Assembly (NCBI GenBank): GCA_965223825.1
Contig: OZ245018.1
Span: 2,012,272 to 2,076,271, forward strand
Direction of reading: 5' to 3'
Origin: Gammaproteobacteria bacterium
GTDB lineage: Bacteria > Pseudomonadota > Gammaproteobacteria > CAJXQU01
Length of the DNA stretch: 64,000 bases
Every line of letters starts with the position of its first letter. Position 1 is the stretch's first letter. The position numbers and the translations under genes were made by a program. The notes under the pieces were generated by a model that was not told the DNA's origin, ran no database searches, and saw nothing but the letters and a program-made list of their open reading frames with translations. Of the stretch, positions 1 through 12,400 are shown piece by piece.

Positions 1-2848
1 ACCGCTTTGGATCGTCCTGCAGATCTTACCGATCATGTTTATTGTTCAGCATGAAAGCGCCGCTATTCAAAGCTGGATGGCATATGACGGCATCAATGCA
101 AAAGGTGAAGATACAAGTGCAGGTGGCTTTGATATTTTATTGTTTGGTGGGGCAGCAGCGGTGCTTTTCTCCCTGATCGCACAAATCGGTGAGCAGGTCG
201 ATTTTCTTCGTTTTATGCCTGAGAAAACGCATGAAAATCGCGTACGTTGGTGGACAGCCTTGATCCTTTCTGGGCCGGGCTGGGTTGTCTTTGGAATGTT
301 TAAAATCTTACTGGGATCTTTTCTAGCCTACCTCGCGCTAAGTCATGGCATCGATGCCGTATCTGCGATCGATCCCAGTCATATGTATCAGATCGCATTC
401 AATTACGTCTTCGAAAACAAAGAAATTTCCTTGGTTGTCGCAGCAATCTTTGTCATCGTTTGTCAGTTAAAAATTAATGTCGCAAATGCTTATGCTGGCT
501 CTCTAGCTTGGTCAAACTTTTTTTCCCGGTTAACCCATCACCATCCGGGGCGTGTCGTTTGGGTGGTTTTCAATGTTTCGATCGCATTACTGTTGATGGA
601 ACTAGGTGTTTATCAAGCGCTTGAACAAATCTTACAAACCTATTCTGCATTGGTTCTGGCTTGGATAGGCTCAATGGTGGCCGATCTCATCATTAATAAA
701 CCCCTGGGTCTTAGTCCGCCGAAAATCGAGTTTAAACGATCAAAACTCTACGATATCAACCCCGTTGGCGTCTGCTCTATGGCGATCGCATCATTGTTAG
801 GTATCATTGCGCATTTAGGCATATTCGGTGATCTTGCCATGGCAATGTCACCTTTCATCGCGTTATTTTTACCATTTCTAACCGTTCCGCTGATCGCACT
901 TATCACTCGCAGTCGTTATTACCTCGTGAATGAAGCACCGGATCTACCAGTAGGTGTTCAAACAATTAAATGTTCCATTTGTGAACACACATTTGATCAT
1001 GAAGACATGGCCACCTGCCCCGCTTATGGTGGTTTTATTTGTTCGCTTTGTTGCTCGTTGGATTCACGCTGTGGTGATCAATGCCGTCCTGGTGCACGTT
1101 TTTCAGATCAAATGATGAAGGTTTTACGCACTCTATTACCAAATGCATTTTTAAATAAATTCAGTCCAACTTTAGGCCATTTCTTTTTAGTTTTCCTTTG
1201 TGTCAGCGCCGTAGTATCCGGTTTGCTTGCATTGGTTTATTTTCAAATCCCATTCAGTGATGCCGCCGATCAGCGTTTTGTTTCAAGTATTTTGATCAAA
1301 GCATTTTTATTATTACTGATTGTGTTAGGTGTACTCACTTGGTTATACGTATTAAGTCAACAAAGTCGTGACACCGCCCTAAAAGAATCGCAGCAACAAA
1401 CACAATTATTAGTTGATGAGATCGACGCGCACGAAAAAACCTACCTCGCCCTGCAGCAAGCAAAAGAAACAGCAGAAGCTGCGAACCAAGCAAAAAGTCG
1501 TTATCTCACGGGTATCAGTCACGAATTACGCACGCCGTTAAATGTCGTGCTTGGTTATGCACAAATTTTAGAAGGCAGTGACGAAATTTCGGATAAGCAC
1601 AAACAATCGATCGGACTTATGCGACGGAACAGTGAACATTTAACCGACCTGATCGAAGGTTTACTCGAGATTTCAAAAATAGAAGCCGGTCGTTTGGAGT
1701 TACAAAAAGACAAAGTCCGCTTGACAACATTACTTGATCAAATTGTCACTATGTTCCGTTTACAAGCACGCCATAAAAGTCTTGAGTTTCGTTATGAGTT
1801 TCCGAAGTATTTACCAGAATATGTTTATGTCGATATCAAGCGCTTAAGACAAATTTTATTTAATTTATTATCCAACGCGATCAAGTTTACTGAAAAAGGT
1901 ACGATCACATTTCGCGTCATTTATCGAAACCAAGTGGCTTATTTTTCTGTTTCAGATACGGGTATTGGTATCGAGCCGATCGATCAAGCGCGCATATTCG
2001 AACCCTTTGAGCGTGTCCGTACGCGCGCAACACAATCGATATCAGGAACCGGTATCGGTTTATCAATTACACGTTTATTAGCGGATCTTATGGGGGGTGA
2101 AATTTCTGTTAAAAGTCAACCCGATCAAGGCAGCACATTCACATTAAGTTTATTGTTATCCAAAGTTGAGTCTGCGCATGCGCCGATCAACATTCCTGAT
2201 AAAAAGATTACCGGTTATAGCGGCGAGAAAAAAACCATTATGGTGGTCGATGATGATTTGCATCATCGTCGCCTCATGAGTGATTTTATAAGTAATTTAG
2301 GGTTTAACTTTTTTGATGCAGATCATGCGGAAAGCTGCCTACGCCTACTTGAAAATATTCATGTCGATCTCTTTGTTTTAGATGTCGCCATGCCAGAAAT
2401 TGATGGCTGGCAACTTGCAGAAAAATTACGCGACAGGGGAAATACGCAACCGATTATTATGCTGTCTGCCAGTCAACGTGAAAAAAACCATGTTCAACTT
2501 TCAGAAAAACTGGGGATAGAAAATATCACCAAACCGGTACAGCTCGCATATTTACAAGAAAAACTCGGCACATTGCTTAGTTTGGAATGGCAATACACCA
2601 TGCAAGAGAAGCCGTTCAATGATCAAATAGAAATTAATGAAGTGGTGACCGATCTTCCTCACGAAAAATACCGCGAATTAATTCGTGTTGCTGAAATTGG
2701 TTATTTAAGTGGATTGAACGATCAGCTCGCCAGTCTCACCCAACAAGGTTACATCTCTAATGATCTTTTTGAACGTTTGAATAAATCTTTATCTATTTGC
2801 GATTTCGGCGAGTTTATCACCACTCTTAAACAGGAATTTGAAAAATGA
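1..2848 (+). CDS. Hybrid sensor histidine kinase, 5'-partial. The N-terminal region is a multi-TM permease-like (NCS1-like?) domain, followed by a Cys-rich cluster, HisKA, HATPase_c and a C-terminal receiver domain.
   Basis: The ORF is open to the window edge, with no stop between nt 2 and 34. About 300 aa of hydrophobic helices come first. The Cys cluster reads CSICEHTFDHEDMATCPAYGGFICSLCCSLDSRCGDQC. The H-box is SHELRTPLNVVLGYAQIL. The G-box region is GTGIGLSITRLLADLMGGEISVKS. The REC domain reads MVVDDDLHHRRLMS...DLFVLDVAMPEIDGWQL. Confidence 0.8.
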   Translation, partial: PLWIVLQILPIMFIVQHESAAIQSWMAYDGINAKGEDTSAGGFDILLFGGAAAVLFSLIAQIGEQVDFLRFMPEKTHENRVRWWTALILSGPGWVVFGMFKILLGSFLAYLALSHGIDAVSAIDPSHMYQIAFNYVFENKEISLVVAAIFVIVCQLKINVANAYAGSLAWSNFFSRLTHHHPGRVVWVVFNVSIALLLMELGVYQALEQILQTYSALVLAWIGSMVADLIINKPLGLSPPKIEFKRSKLYDINPVGVCSMAIASLLGIIAHLGIFGDLAMAMSPFIALFLPFLTVPLIALITRSRYYLVNEAPDLPVGVQTIKCSICEHTFDHEDMATCPAYGGFICSLCCSLDSRCGDQCRPGARFSDQMMKVLRTLLPNAFLNKFSPTLGHFFLVFLCVSAVVSGLLALVYFQIPFSDAADQRFVSSILIKAFLLLLIVLGVLTWLYVLSQQSRDTALKESQQQTQLLVDEIDAHEKTYLALQQAKETAEAANQAKSRYLTGISHELRTPLNVVLGYAQILEGSDEISDKHKQSIGLMRRNSEHLTDLIEGLLEISKIEAGRLELQKDKVRLTTLLDQIVTMFRLQARHKSLEFRYEFPKYLPEYVYVDIKRLRQILFNLLSNAIKFTEKGTITFRVIYRNQVAYFSVSDTGIGIEPIDQARIFEPFERVRTRATQSISGTGIGLSITRLLADLMGGEISVKSQPDQGSTFTLSLLLSKVESAHAPINIPDKKITGYSGEKKTIMVVDDDLHHRRLMSDFISNLGFNFFDADHAESCLRLLENIHVDLFVLDVAMPEIDGWQLAEKLRDRGNTQPIIMLSASQREKNHVQLSEKLGIENITKPVQLAYLQEKLGTLLSLEWQYTMQEKPFNDQIEINEVVTDLPHEKYRELIRVAEIGYLSGLNDQLASLTQQGYISNDLFERLNKSLSICDFGEFITTLKQEFEK

Positions 2849-3741
2849 ATAAAATTCCTGAACCCAATACTGTTGTTCTCGTCGTCGATGATTCACCAGA
2901 ATCATTAGGGATGTTGAATATTGCCTTAGGTCAAGCGGGCTTTACCGTGCTGGTGGCATTAAATGGGCCACAGTCCCTTTCCATTATTGATAAAGTTGAA
3001 CCGGATGTAATCCTGCTCGATGCGGTTATGCCGGAAATGGATGGCTTCACCACTTGTAAAAAAATCAAAGAAAAGCTACCGAATACGCCGGTGATCTTCA
3101 TGACAGGGTTGTCTGATCTTGAACATATCGTAGCCGGCTTTGATTCTGGTGGAGTCGACTATGTAACCAAACCCATCACGCCGGATGAAGTGATCGCGCG
3201 AATTAAAGTCCATGTGGTCAACGCACGAATGACCAACAGTGCTCGTGCGGCATTAGATACGACTGGCCAACATATTTTTTCCATAGATGATCGTGGGCAC
3301 ATTCTTTGGGCAACACGACAAGCGCAGAACTTGTTTGCATCCGATCCACCTGTTACCGATATGTTACCGGCGTTTACCCAAGCATTGGCCGAATGGGTGG
3401 CTCAAGATCAACATACAGATCTTGTCTTCGATCAATTTAAAGACAAAGTACGTGTCGTTTATATTGGTCAACAAAATAGTCACGAGCACTTGGTTAAGAT
3501 CATGGTGCAAGCGGTCGAACCGAGTGCGGACTTGTTACTGGAAAAACTCCCACTGACTAAACGAGAAGCGGAAGTATTGCTGTGGGTCTCTTTAGGAAAA
3601 ACCAATTGGGAAATAGGTCAAATTCTTAAGATCAGTCCACGCACTGTCAATAAACACCTTGAGCAAGTTTATAAAAAAATGCAGGTGGATAATCGAACCG
3701 CCGCCGCAGCCTTAGCGATTAAAATTCTTAACAATAGCTAA
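2845..3741 (+). CDS. Response regulator with a REC domain, a central domain of unknown type and a C-terminal LuxR/FixJ HTH.
   Basis: Its ATG overlaps the upstream stop (ATGA), indicating translational coupling. The REC signature is VVLVVDDSPESL...ILLDAVMPEMDGF...TKP. The LuxR HTH reads LTKREAEVLLWVSLGKTNWEIGQILKISPRTVNKHLEQVYKKM. Confidence 0.85.
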   Translation: MNKIPEPNTVVLVVDDSPESLGMLNIALGQAGFTVLVALNGPQSLSIIDKVEPDVILLDAVMPEMDGFTTCKKIKEKLPNTPVIFMTGLSDLEHIVAGFDSGGVDYVTKPITPDEVIARIKVHVVNARMTNSARAALDTTGQHIFSIDDRGHILWATRQAQNLFASDPPVTDMLPAFTQALAEWVAQDQHTDLVFDQFKDKVRVVYIGQQNSHEHLVKIMVQAVEPSADLLLEKLPLTKREAEVLLWVSLGKTNWEIGQILKISPRTVNKHLEQVYKKMQVDNRTAAAALAIKILNNS

Positions 3742-3843
3742 TTTAAGGACACTTTAAAGTTTTAAATCAAACCGTCGATACCATTGCACGCAGACAATAC
3801 AAACTTATCCAGTAGTTTCGTAGATAAGTCGTGCGAGGTGGCG

Positions 3844-5943
3844 ATGAAAGCATTTAAAGAACTCTCGATTATCAAACAAACCGTGGCGCTTATGCTCTGC
3901 CTAACGATCGTAGGCAGTATCTTTATTACAACGTTAATCACGCTCTACACAGATCACGTTTTGTTGAAAAATGCAGAAAAAGGCTTACAAGAACAAGTCT
4001 CCGCCATTACACGCATGTTAAATTCTTATGATAAAAGCATGCGATCACAGACGGATCACTTAAAACAAATTTTTTCTGGACTATTCCCCGGCCAATTTTA
4101 TTTGGAAACGGATCAGACCATTAAGATCAACGGTCGGACAACGCCCACACTTCGTTACGAAGAAGAAACTGTCAATATGAACTTCGATATTGTCGATATG
4201 TTCACTGATCTGACCAATGCTGATGCGACAATTTTCGCGAAAATTGGTGATGATTTCGTCCGTGTCACCACCACGATTTTAGATCTGACAGGTGAACGCG
4301 CTGTCGGCACCACACTCGACAAAATGCATCCCGGCTATCAAAAGCTTATCGCAGGTGAAGATTATGTCGGTTATGCCCGCCTCTTTCATCGTGATTACAT
4401 GACGCAGTACAAACCCATACATGCGAAAAACGGGGACGTGATCGGCATCCTTTTTTTTGGTCGTGATGTTTCTGAGCAAATGACCATCCTTAAGCAAGAA
4501 ATGCTCAATGTACGTTTTGGTGAAACGGGTTACATTTATGTCTTAAACGGCACGAATACGGACGATCGAGGCAAGCTTTTAGTCCACCCTTATCTGCAGG
4601 GTGAAAAACTCACCGATATGTCTGATCAAGATGGCGAATTCTTATTTTCCAAATTATTAGAAAACAAGCATGGAACCTTAGCGTATCACTGGCGCACCAA
4701 CGAGATTGATGCACAAACAAAAGAAAAACACGTCGCTTATGAACGTTTTGATCCGTGGGATTGGATCATCGTCGGCGGTGCGAACACAGAAGAAATAACT
4801 GAGATTACCGATCAGCTTCAACTTATCTTCATCATTATGAGCGCCATCAGCTGCACACTTTTCGCCCTGATTATCAACTACATCATCAAGTTGCAATTCG
4901 CCCCAGTTGAGGCGATCAATCACGCATTAGAAGTCGCGAGTACTGGGAACCTTGTCCATCAAATTGAATTAAAAGGTACGGTCTTAACCGAAGACTCACG
5001 CTCATCCAAAAATGAGATCGTCAGTATCGCTGCCAACTTCAATTTTATGTTGAAAAGTTTTAAAGAACTCGTGATCAACTTATCCCAATCCACGCATAAC
5101 CTGATTAGCGCAGCCAACAAGTTACACCTCGTCTCACAACACAATACAGACGGCACACAAAAGCAGCAGGCTGATACAGATCAACTCGCTGAGTCGATCA
5201 CATCGGTTGCAAGTATGTCAGAAGGCGTTACTCAAAATGCTGTTTCTACTTCCGAACGGAGCCAAGAGGCGGATCAACTCGCCAGCGATGGGTTAACCGT
5301 CATGGATGAAACCTTGAAAGCCATTAATGATCTTGCCAGTGAAATTTCACAAACCACTGACGTTGTACTGAAAGTGCAAGATCAGAGCGGCGTGATCAGT
5401 AAAGCGGTCAATACGATTCAGGATATTGCCGAACAAACGAATTTACTCGCACTGAATGCCGCGATCGAAGCGGCTCGTGCAGGTGAGCAAGGCCGTGGAT
5501 TTGCCGTGGTGGCAGATGAAGTTCGTGCATTGGCGACACGCTCTCAAGAATCCGCAAAGCATATCCAAAAAATCATCGAAGAATTACATTCCGGTGCGCA
5601 GAATGCCGCAGTGACAATGGAGCATGGCAAACTTAAAAGTGAGCAAAGCGTTGATGTCGCCATGCAAGCAAAAAACGTCTTAAATTCGATCACACAAACG
5701 GTTTCCCAAATCGCTAGCATGAACGGCCAGATTGTCCTCGCCACCGAGCAACAAACCAGTGTCACCAATGAAATTCGCGATAACATCAGCCGCATTCGCG
5801 AAGTTGCGGTTGAAGCGATCGAAAATAGCGGTCAAATCGATGCGTCTGCTCGAGAATTAAATCAACTCTCCAACCAGCTATTAGGCGATATATCGCGCTT
5901 TACTGTACGTAACGAAGCCGAAGAAGATGATGTTTTATTTTAG
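3844..5943 (+). CDS. Methyl-accepting chemotaxis protein with a periplasmic dCache_1-like sensor.
   Basis: The first in-frame ATG (MKAFKEL) has a GAGGTGG RBS; the track's earlier start is TTG. It has two TM segments, a HAMP domain and the MCP signalling hairpin motif [31 protein letters not shown]. Confidence 0.85.
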   Translation: MKAFKELSIIKQTVALMLCLTIVGSIFITTLITLYTDHVLLKNAEKGLQEQVSAITRMLNSYDKSMRSQTDHLKQIFSGLFPGQFYLETDQTIKINGRTTPTLRYEEETVNMNFDIVDMFTDLTNADATIFAKIGDDFVRVTTTILDLTGERAVGTTLDKMHPGYQKLIAGEDYVGYARLFHRDYMTQYKPIHAKNGDVIGILFFGRDVSEQMTILKQEMLNVRFGETGYIYVLNGTNTDDRGKLLVHPYLQGEKLTDMSDQDGEFLFSKLLENKHGTLAYHWRTNEIDAQTKEKHVAYERFDPWDWIIVGGANTEEITEITDQLQLIFIIMSAISCTLFALIINYIIKLQFAPVEAINHALEVASTGNLVHQIELKGTVLTEDSRSSKNEIVSIAANFNFMLKSFKELVINLSQSTHNLISAANKLHLVSQHNTDGTQKQQADTDQLAESITSVASMSEGVTQNAVSTSERSQEADQLASDGLTVMDETLKAINDLASEISQTTDVVLKVQDQSGVISKAVNTIQDIAEQTNLLALNAAIEAARAGEQGRGFAVVADEVRALATRSQESAKHIQKIIEELHSGAQNAAVTMEHGKLKSEQSVDVAMQAKNVLNSITQTVSQIASMNGQIVLATEQQTSVTNEIRDNISRIREVAVEAIENSGQIDASARELNQLSNQLLGDISRFTVRNEAEEDDVLF

Positions 5944-6113
5944 TGACTGCTGAGTGACGGCTTCATAAATACCGCTATTTTCGCAACGCGAAGTGCGAGC
6001 AACTGACCCCACATCGTAAACATTTGCATGCTCAGTCGTGAAGAACGATCTGTGGCACGAATTTCGTATGACCAAATCCATCTTGTGCTCACGCTCACCA
6101 TGAAGGAGTTTGT

Positions 6114-9038
6114 ATGACAGCGATTATGGAAATGCCGGACATTAACGATACGGAATTCAAAAAAGATCTATTAATGGCGCACCTAAACGATACGGTAAGC
6201 CAACTTTTCCCCGACTTTTCCTCGCAGATGACGGCTGATTATTTTAACGCCGTCGACGTCAGCGATCAGGTTGCGCACTTATGTGCACTCACCACCACTG
6301 AGATCGCAGGTATTAACCAAGAGTTGCTTCTTACCAGTAATGAAGGTCAAACCCATACATTTATAAATCGAAATAGTTACAGTGGCTTACTAAGCAAACT
6401 GATCAAACAATTACCGACAGAAAAACCATTACAATCAGCAAAAATCTTTACCTCATTGAATGGCGATATCGTCATCGACATCTTTGATTTTGCACCACAA
6501 CGCCGTTTCGACACGACCAATCTCGATCATCGTGAACGCCTCGATCAACTAATCGATTCGATCACAGAATATGAACCCGAACTTGCCATCGAGGATCTGA
6601 TCACGCTGTTACACACTTGTAGTGAAGATTATGTGCTAACCACCAGTGATCGCCGTTTATGTCGTCACTTCCGCATGGTACAAAGCCTTTGGGGCAATGA
6701 TGATGTGAAAATTGACGTCTTATCTCACCGTGATGATCCTTATACCGATATCACGATCGGCTTCGGTAATGGCGATCCGCGGCAAGTTTTTGAACGCGTT
6801 TGTCAGTATCTTGGACGACATCAAATCGATATTCACCGTGCGCACTTCGAAACATTTGAGCATACAGATAACAGCCGCGTTTCATTGATCGGCTTACTCG
6901 TCTCAAATGCGGATGGCGAAAGCATTAAAACCGATACTCCAGCATGGCAAGAACATCGACACAACCTCGTCCACGTCCCTTTAATGAGCGATGAGACGAT
7001 GGCTTTGTATGACGATCAGAAGCAAATGAGTCTCTTACAAGCTGAGCTCCTCTGCGCAATGGGTGCGCTCATTCACCAGCGCCTGTGCAAAGTCGATTCG
7101 TATCGCTACACCTTAGAACGGATCACCGATGTTTTGCATAAACATCCCGAGTTTTCCTGCACCATTTTTGACTACCTGATCAATAAATTTGCACCAGAAA
7201 GCGGCAAAAGCACCGAAACGAAAACGCATCTCCTATCTGATCATGATATTCACAGCATGACTGAAACCGATGCAGCAATATTACGCACGCTAGAACTGGC
7301 CGCCTTTAGTATTCTAAAAACGAACCTACACTTTCCAACGCGTTACGCACTCGCCTTTCGACTAGAACCTGACTTTTTTTGCATTGCTGATCGCACCACC
7401 ATACCGCACGGCGCTTTTTTCTTTTACGGCAAAAACTTCTCTGCCAGTCACGTACGTTTTCGCGATATTGCCCGTGGCGGCATGCGTATCGTTCGGCCGC
7501 GCAATATGGATGATTATATTTTTGAAACAAGTCGCTTGTTCGACGAAAACTACGCTCTCGCCTACGCGCAACAGTTAAAAAACAAAGACATTCCCGAAGG
7601 TGGATCAAAAGGGGTTTTACTGGTTAAACCCGGTCGTGATTTTGAACAATGTGGTCGTGCGTATGCCGACAGCTTGCTCGATCTGATCACGCCGGACACA
7701 GAAACGGCGGCACTACGTATCGACTACCTTGAACACGATGAGCTTATCTACCTTGGCCCGGATGAGAATGTCTCACCGAATTTGATTAACTGGATTATTC
7801 ATCGCGCGGAATCACGTGGCTATCCGATGCCGAATACCTTTATGAGCTCAAAAGCTGCCAGCGGCATAAATCATAAAGAATATGGTGTGACGAGCGAGGG
7901 TGTAACGGTCTTTCTCGATACCGCTTTAAAAGAATGTGGTATTGATCCGAAAAATATGCCTTTTACAGTAAAAATCACTGGCGGCCCCGACGGCGATGTA
8001 GCCGGTAATGAAATCCTCATTTTGCATCGCGAATACGGTGAAAATGCAAAAATTATCGGTATCGCTGACGGCTTCGGAACAGCCGAAGATCCAGAGGGTC
8101 TTGATCATGCGGAGCTGATCAGACTGGTTAAAGCCAGTTTACCGATCACGGATTTCTCAGCCGATAAACTGGGGCCACAAGGCACGCTGACGAATATAGA
8201 AACAACAGAAGGCGTACAAGCACGAAATTCTCTGCATTTCCGTCTAAAAGCAGATGCTTTTGTCCCAGCAGGTGGTCGACCGCAAGCGATCAACATGCTC
8301 AATTGGCATCATTATTTAGATGAAACGAATCAGCCATCGAGCCGCATTATTGTTGAAGGTGCAAACCTCTTCATCACCGCCGAAGCACGAGAAAAACTCT
8401 CCGCGGCGGGTGTGTTGATTATTAAAGATAGTTCTGCGAATAAATGTGGCGTGATCTGCTCAAGCATGGAAATTCTTGCCGGGATGCTGGTCTCAGAAGC
8501 AGAATTTATATCCATTAAACCGGATTATGTTGAGGACGTATTAAAACGACTGCGTGACCTCGCCGCATTAGAAGCCAAAGCCCTCTTGCGCGCGCACCAA
8601 CATCACCCTTATGAATCGTTGCCTGAGTTAAGTAAACAAATGAGTTTGCAAATTAATCGTTTACACGATGCAGTCGCGGCCTTTCTAATGCAATCACCCG
8701 ATTGCCAACCAGACATGTTGAATGCACTTGTCGAAAACTATATTCCTCAATCCTTAATGCAATTAATTGGGCGTGATGCGATCGCTCGAATCCCCGCCGC
8801 GTATTTTCGTCAGATCATTGCGTCTGTGTTAGCGAGCCGTATGATCTATCACGAAGGCATCGATTATTGTCGTCATATGAGCGAAGAAAAAATGGCGGAA
8901 CTGGCCCTAGCTTATCTACAAGAAGAACGAAATATTGCAGATATGATTCACGCACTGGATACCAGCCAAGTAGAACATAAAGAACAGATCATCAACTTGC
9001 TCCGATCAGCCGGCGCTGGGGCGGCATTAAGAGCGTAA
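6114..9038 (+). CDS. NAD-specific glutamate dehydrogenase of the large bacterial GDH family (about 110 kDa class).
   Basis: An AAGGAG RBS lies 6 nt upstream. Motifs GSKGVLLVKPGRD, ITGGPDGDVAGNEI and IVEGANLFITAEAREKLSAAGVLIIKDSSANKCGV are typical of Bac_GDH large NAD-GDH. Confidence 0.8.
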   Translation: MTAIMEMPDINDTEFKKDLLMAHLNDTVSQLFPDFSSQMTADYFNAVDVSDQVAHLCALTTTEIAGINQELLLTSNEGQTHTFINRNSYSGLLSKLIKQLPTEKPLQSAKIFTSLNGDIVIDIFDFAPQRRFDTTNLDHRERLDQLIDSITEYEPELAIEDLITLLHTCSEDYVLTTSDRRLCRHFRMVQSLWGNDDVKIDVLSHRDDPYTDITIGFGNGDPRQVFERVCQYLGRHQIDIHRAHFETFEHTDNSRVSLIGLLVSNADGESIKTDTPAWQEHRHNLVHVPLMSDETMALYDDQKQMSLLQAELLCAMGALIHQRLCKVDSYRYTLERITDVLHKHPEFSCTIFDYLINKFAPESGKSTETKTHLLSDHDIHSMTETDAAILRTLELAAFSILKTNLHFPTRYALAFRLEPDFFCIADRTTIPHGAFFFYGKNFSASHVRFRDIARGGMRIVRPRNMDDYIFETSRLFDENYALAYAQQLKNKDIPEGGSKGVLLVKPGRDFEQCGRAYADSLLDLITPDTETAALRIDYLEHDELIYLGPDENVSPNLINWIIHRAESRGYPMPNTFMSSKAASGINHKEYGVTSEGVTVFLDTALKECGIDPKNMPFTVKITGGPDGDVAGNEILILHREYGENAKIIGIADGFGTAEDPEGLDHAELIRLVKASLPITDFSADKLGPQGTLTNIETTEGVQARNSLHFRLKADAFVPAGGRPQAINMLNWHHYLDETNQPSSRIIVEGANLFITAEAREKLSAAGVLIIKDSSANKCGVICSSMEILAGMLVSEAEFISIKPDYVEDVLKRLRDLAALEAKALLRAHQHHPYESLPELSKQMSLQINRLHDAVAAFLMQSPDCQPDMLNALVENYIPQSLMQLIGRDAIARIPAAYFRQIIASVLASRMIYHEGIDYCRHMSEEKMAELALAYLQEERNIADMIHALDTSQVEHKEQIINLLRSAGAGAALRA

Positions 9039-9435
9039 CTATTATCACCACCGTCTTTGCATTTGCGAAGGCGGTGATCGTCCCTCCTCCAGCACAGTTC
9101 TAATGCCCTCTCTTGGATTTGATCATAAAACGTTCACAGATTTGTCATAATAAAACGACATCCCAACATAAAAAGCGGTAACTAAAACTATAAACTAGTT
9201 AAATAACTACATATAAACTATTGTATTTTAAAGGAGTTTATTTTTAGTAAAAACCTGGCCCCGTGCTTGCTATCAATGCCCTAACGTCAGAACCAAAGTT
9301 ATAAATACAAAGTAGTGTCATACAACCACCTTTGATTCTGAATAATATCAACGAATTAGCGTAGCTTTTTAAAGTCACAAAGGATTCTGTCGACACAAGA
9401 GCTACTTTACGTTAATTCCGGCAAGGACAAAGAGA

Positions 9436-12400
9436 ATGGAATATCTCGCTGGACCAAGGAACACATACATGCCAAATCACCTCTTCTCAGGCAGCGCGCT
9501 CAAGCGTTTTGCTCTTTACTGTTTTTTCAGTTTAATCACTATCACAGCCCATGCTGAAGACTACACGCTCGTATACAGCGAGACGTGGGATCGAGCAGGC
9601 GCCATCCCTCTAGAAGGAGCCACCGTCAGCGGTGATTTATATGGCCGACTCATTCCTGAAACGGGTGGCATCACACGCGTTTATTATTATCTTGATGGCG
9701 CTAGTCGCCAATTTAAGAATGAACTATCACCGCCTTATGATCTCAATGGTGGTCCATCAAGCAGCGCGGTCCCTTATGACACTACGGACTTAACTGATGG
9801 CTCACATACAATCCGTGCAGAAATCCTTTTAGATACTGACGAAATTATCAACATCAATACCAGTTTTATTGTTGCGAATAATGTGGCTCTCGAGAATGTC
9901 GCACCAGTATTAAGCACCATTGGTAATCAGAGCGTCGATGCCGATTCAATTCTCAACCTATCCATTACAGCAAGTGACTTAAACGACGATCCGCTTAGTA
10001 TCACCGTTGATGACCTACCCACCTTCGCAAGTTTTTCGGATAACGGCAATGGCACAGCAACGCTGGGCTTTACCCCGTTAGAAGGTGATATCAACACGTA
10101 CGCGATCACTGTCAACGTCACCGACGGTGAATTTACTGATAATGAAACATTCCAACTCACCGTTGGTGAAGCGGGAAGCCAACCCTATCGCTTGGTTTAC
10201 TCAGAAACGAATGATCGCGCCGGTCAAATCCCACTTAATGGTGCCGTTGTAGGTGGTGATTTATTCGGTCGACTAATTCCAGAGTCAGGCGGCATTACAA
10301 GCATTCTTTACTATCTTGATGGCTCAAATAACCATTTCAAAACGGAAACCCAAGCACCTTACGATATCAATGGTGGTTCCAGCACTGCGAATGCATTTGA
10401 CACGACAGCATTAAGCGATGGTGTCCATACTATCCGTGCGAAAGTGACGTTCAGTGGTAGCGACATCATCAACTTCAACACAAGTTTCACTGTCGATAAC
10501 GGTACCGTGACTGAGAATCAAGCACCGGTACTCAACGCGATAGGTTCACAATCTCTTGAAGTAAATAACAGCTTGTCGATTAGCATCAGCGCAAGTGACA
10601 GTGATGTTGATCCGATAAGTTTCAGCACGATTAACTTACCGGCATTTGCCAGCTTTACTGACAATGGCAACGGCACAGCAACACTCAATATCAACCCCGC
10701 AACTGGCGACGCAGGATCGTACAGCATGACAGTGAATGTCACTGACGGCCTGTTGAGCGACAGTGAAGTGATCCAAATTCACGTGACCGATCCGGTGGTT
10801 GTGGAAAACATCCCGCCGGTACTCTCCTCGATCGGGTCACAAACCGCGTTTGTTGATGAATCGTTTACGATAAACCTCAGCGCGTCAGATGCGAATTCTG
10901 ACCCGCTGACGATCTCACTCACCAATGGCCCCTCGTTTGTTAGTCTCACAGACAATGGTGACGGCACTGCGAGTCTTAGTGGTCTCGCAAGCTCCACCAG
11001 TATTGGTCAACACAGCTTGACAGTGCTTGTCTCCGACGGTGCGCTGTCTGATAGCGAAACGTTCCAACTTCAAATCATAGAACCTGTTATTGAAAACGAA
11101 GCACCGGTTCTTTCGCCTATCGGTACACAGACAGTTGAAGTCGGTGAAAGCTTTAACCTGTCGATCTCCGCTAACGATGTAAACGGTAATGCTGGCCTAA
11201 TAATTAGCTCAACAGATGCACCTAGCTTCGTCACATTGACAGACTTAGGTGATGGATCCGCTAGCTTGGTTGCGACCCCAGGCAATGCTGACATCGGTCA
11301 ACACAGTATGACGATCACCGTTTCTGACGGTGAATTGTCTGATACTGAAACCGTGACGTTCAACATCAATGCAGCCAGCACACATCCATACAGCTTGGTC
11401 TACAGCATGACCTCCGACCGAGCAGGTCAAATCCAACTAGAGGGGGCAACGATTTCAGGTGATTTGTTTGCACGATTACTGCCCGAATCTGGCGGCGTTT
11501 CAAACGTTCAATATTTCTTGGACGGTAGCAGTTCTGCTTTCAAGTTTGAATCCAGCGCACCTTATGATGTTAACGGTGGCAGCTCAACGGCTCGTGCTTA
11601 CGATACAACAGCACTGACTGATGGCTTGCATACGATCAGAACGCTCATGTACTTAAACACAGGCGAAAGCATTACCTTCGATACTCAATTCATCATCGCA
11701 AACAATGCTCCGCAAGAAAATGTTGCACCCGTTCTTAACCCGATCAGCAACGTTAGCTTGCTGGCCGAAACCAGCCAAACGATCACGATCAATGCCTCTG
11801 ATGTGAATGGCGATGTATTAACTATGACGGCGACAGGCTTGCCTGCATTTGCCAGCCTGACAGATAACGGCAACAACACAGGCTCTCTGCTGATCCAACC
11901 AACAGCGGTCGATGTTGGTAGTTATCCTGTGAGTATTAGCGTTGCCGATGCAGAATTCTCTGATACAGAAAACTTTACGATCGTGGTAACAGAGGAAATC
12001 GAACAACCGTATTACCTCGTTTACAGCGCATCATGGGATCGCAATGGCCAAAACTTACTCGATGGCACTGTCGTCAGTGGTAATTTGTATGGTCGAATGC
12101 TGCCTGAATCAGGTGGTATCACACGCGTCTATTATTACTTGGATGGATCAAACTCGCGTTTTAAATCTGAAGCCTCAGCACCCTATGATCTCAATGGTGG
12201 ACCATCGAGTAGTGCTGTGCCTTACGACACAACGCAGTTGAGTGATGGACCACATGTGATTAGAGCCGAAGTGTTTTTAAATTCTGGTGAGCTGATCAAC
12301 TTTGATACCACCATCATTGTTGCGAATAATGGTCCGGTGAATACTGCACCGGTATTGAGCGCAATTGGCAATCAAACCGTTTTAGCTGGTACTTCATCGA

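Noticed and set aside
3287-3556. An 89-aa same-strand ORF in an alternative frame inside the REC-LuxR regulator gene.
   Set aside because: It is fully embedded in a gene with clear REC and HTH domains and has no RBS or domain signal.
9039-9075. An imperfect hairpin (ATCACCACCG...CGGTGAT) after the GDH stop, a possible terminator.
   Set aside because: The stem has a bulge and no U-tract follows it. I left it unannotated.
9187-9225. A direct repeat of ATAAACTA in the long AT-rich leader of the giant gene.
   Set aside because: It is very short, and in 70% or more AT sequence such repeats are expected by chance.
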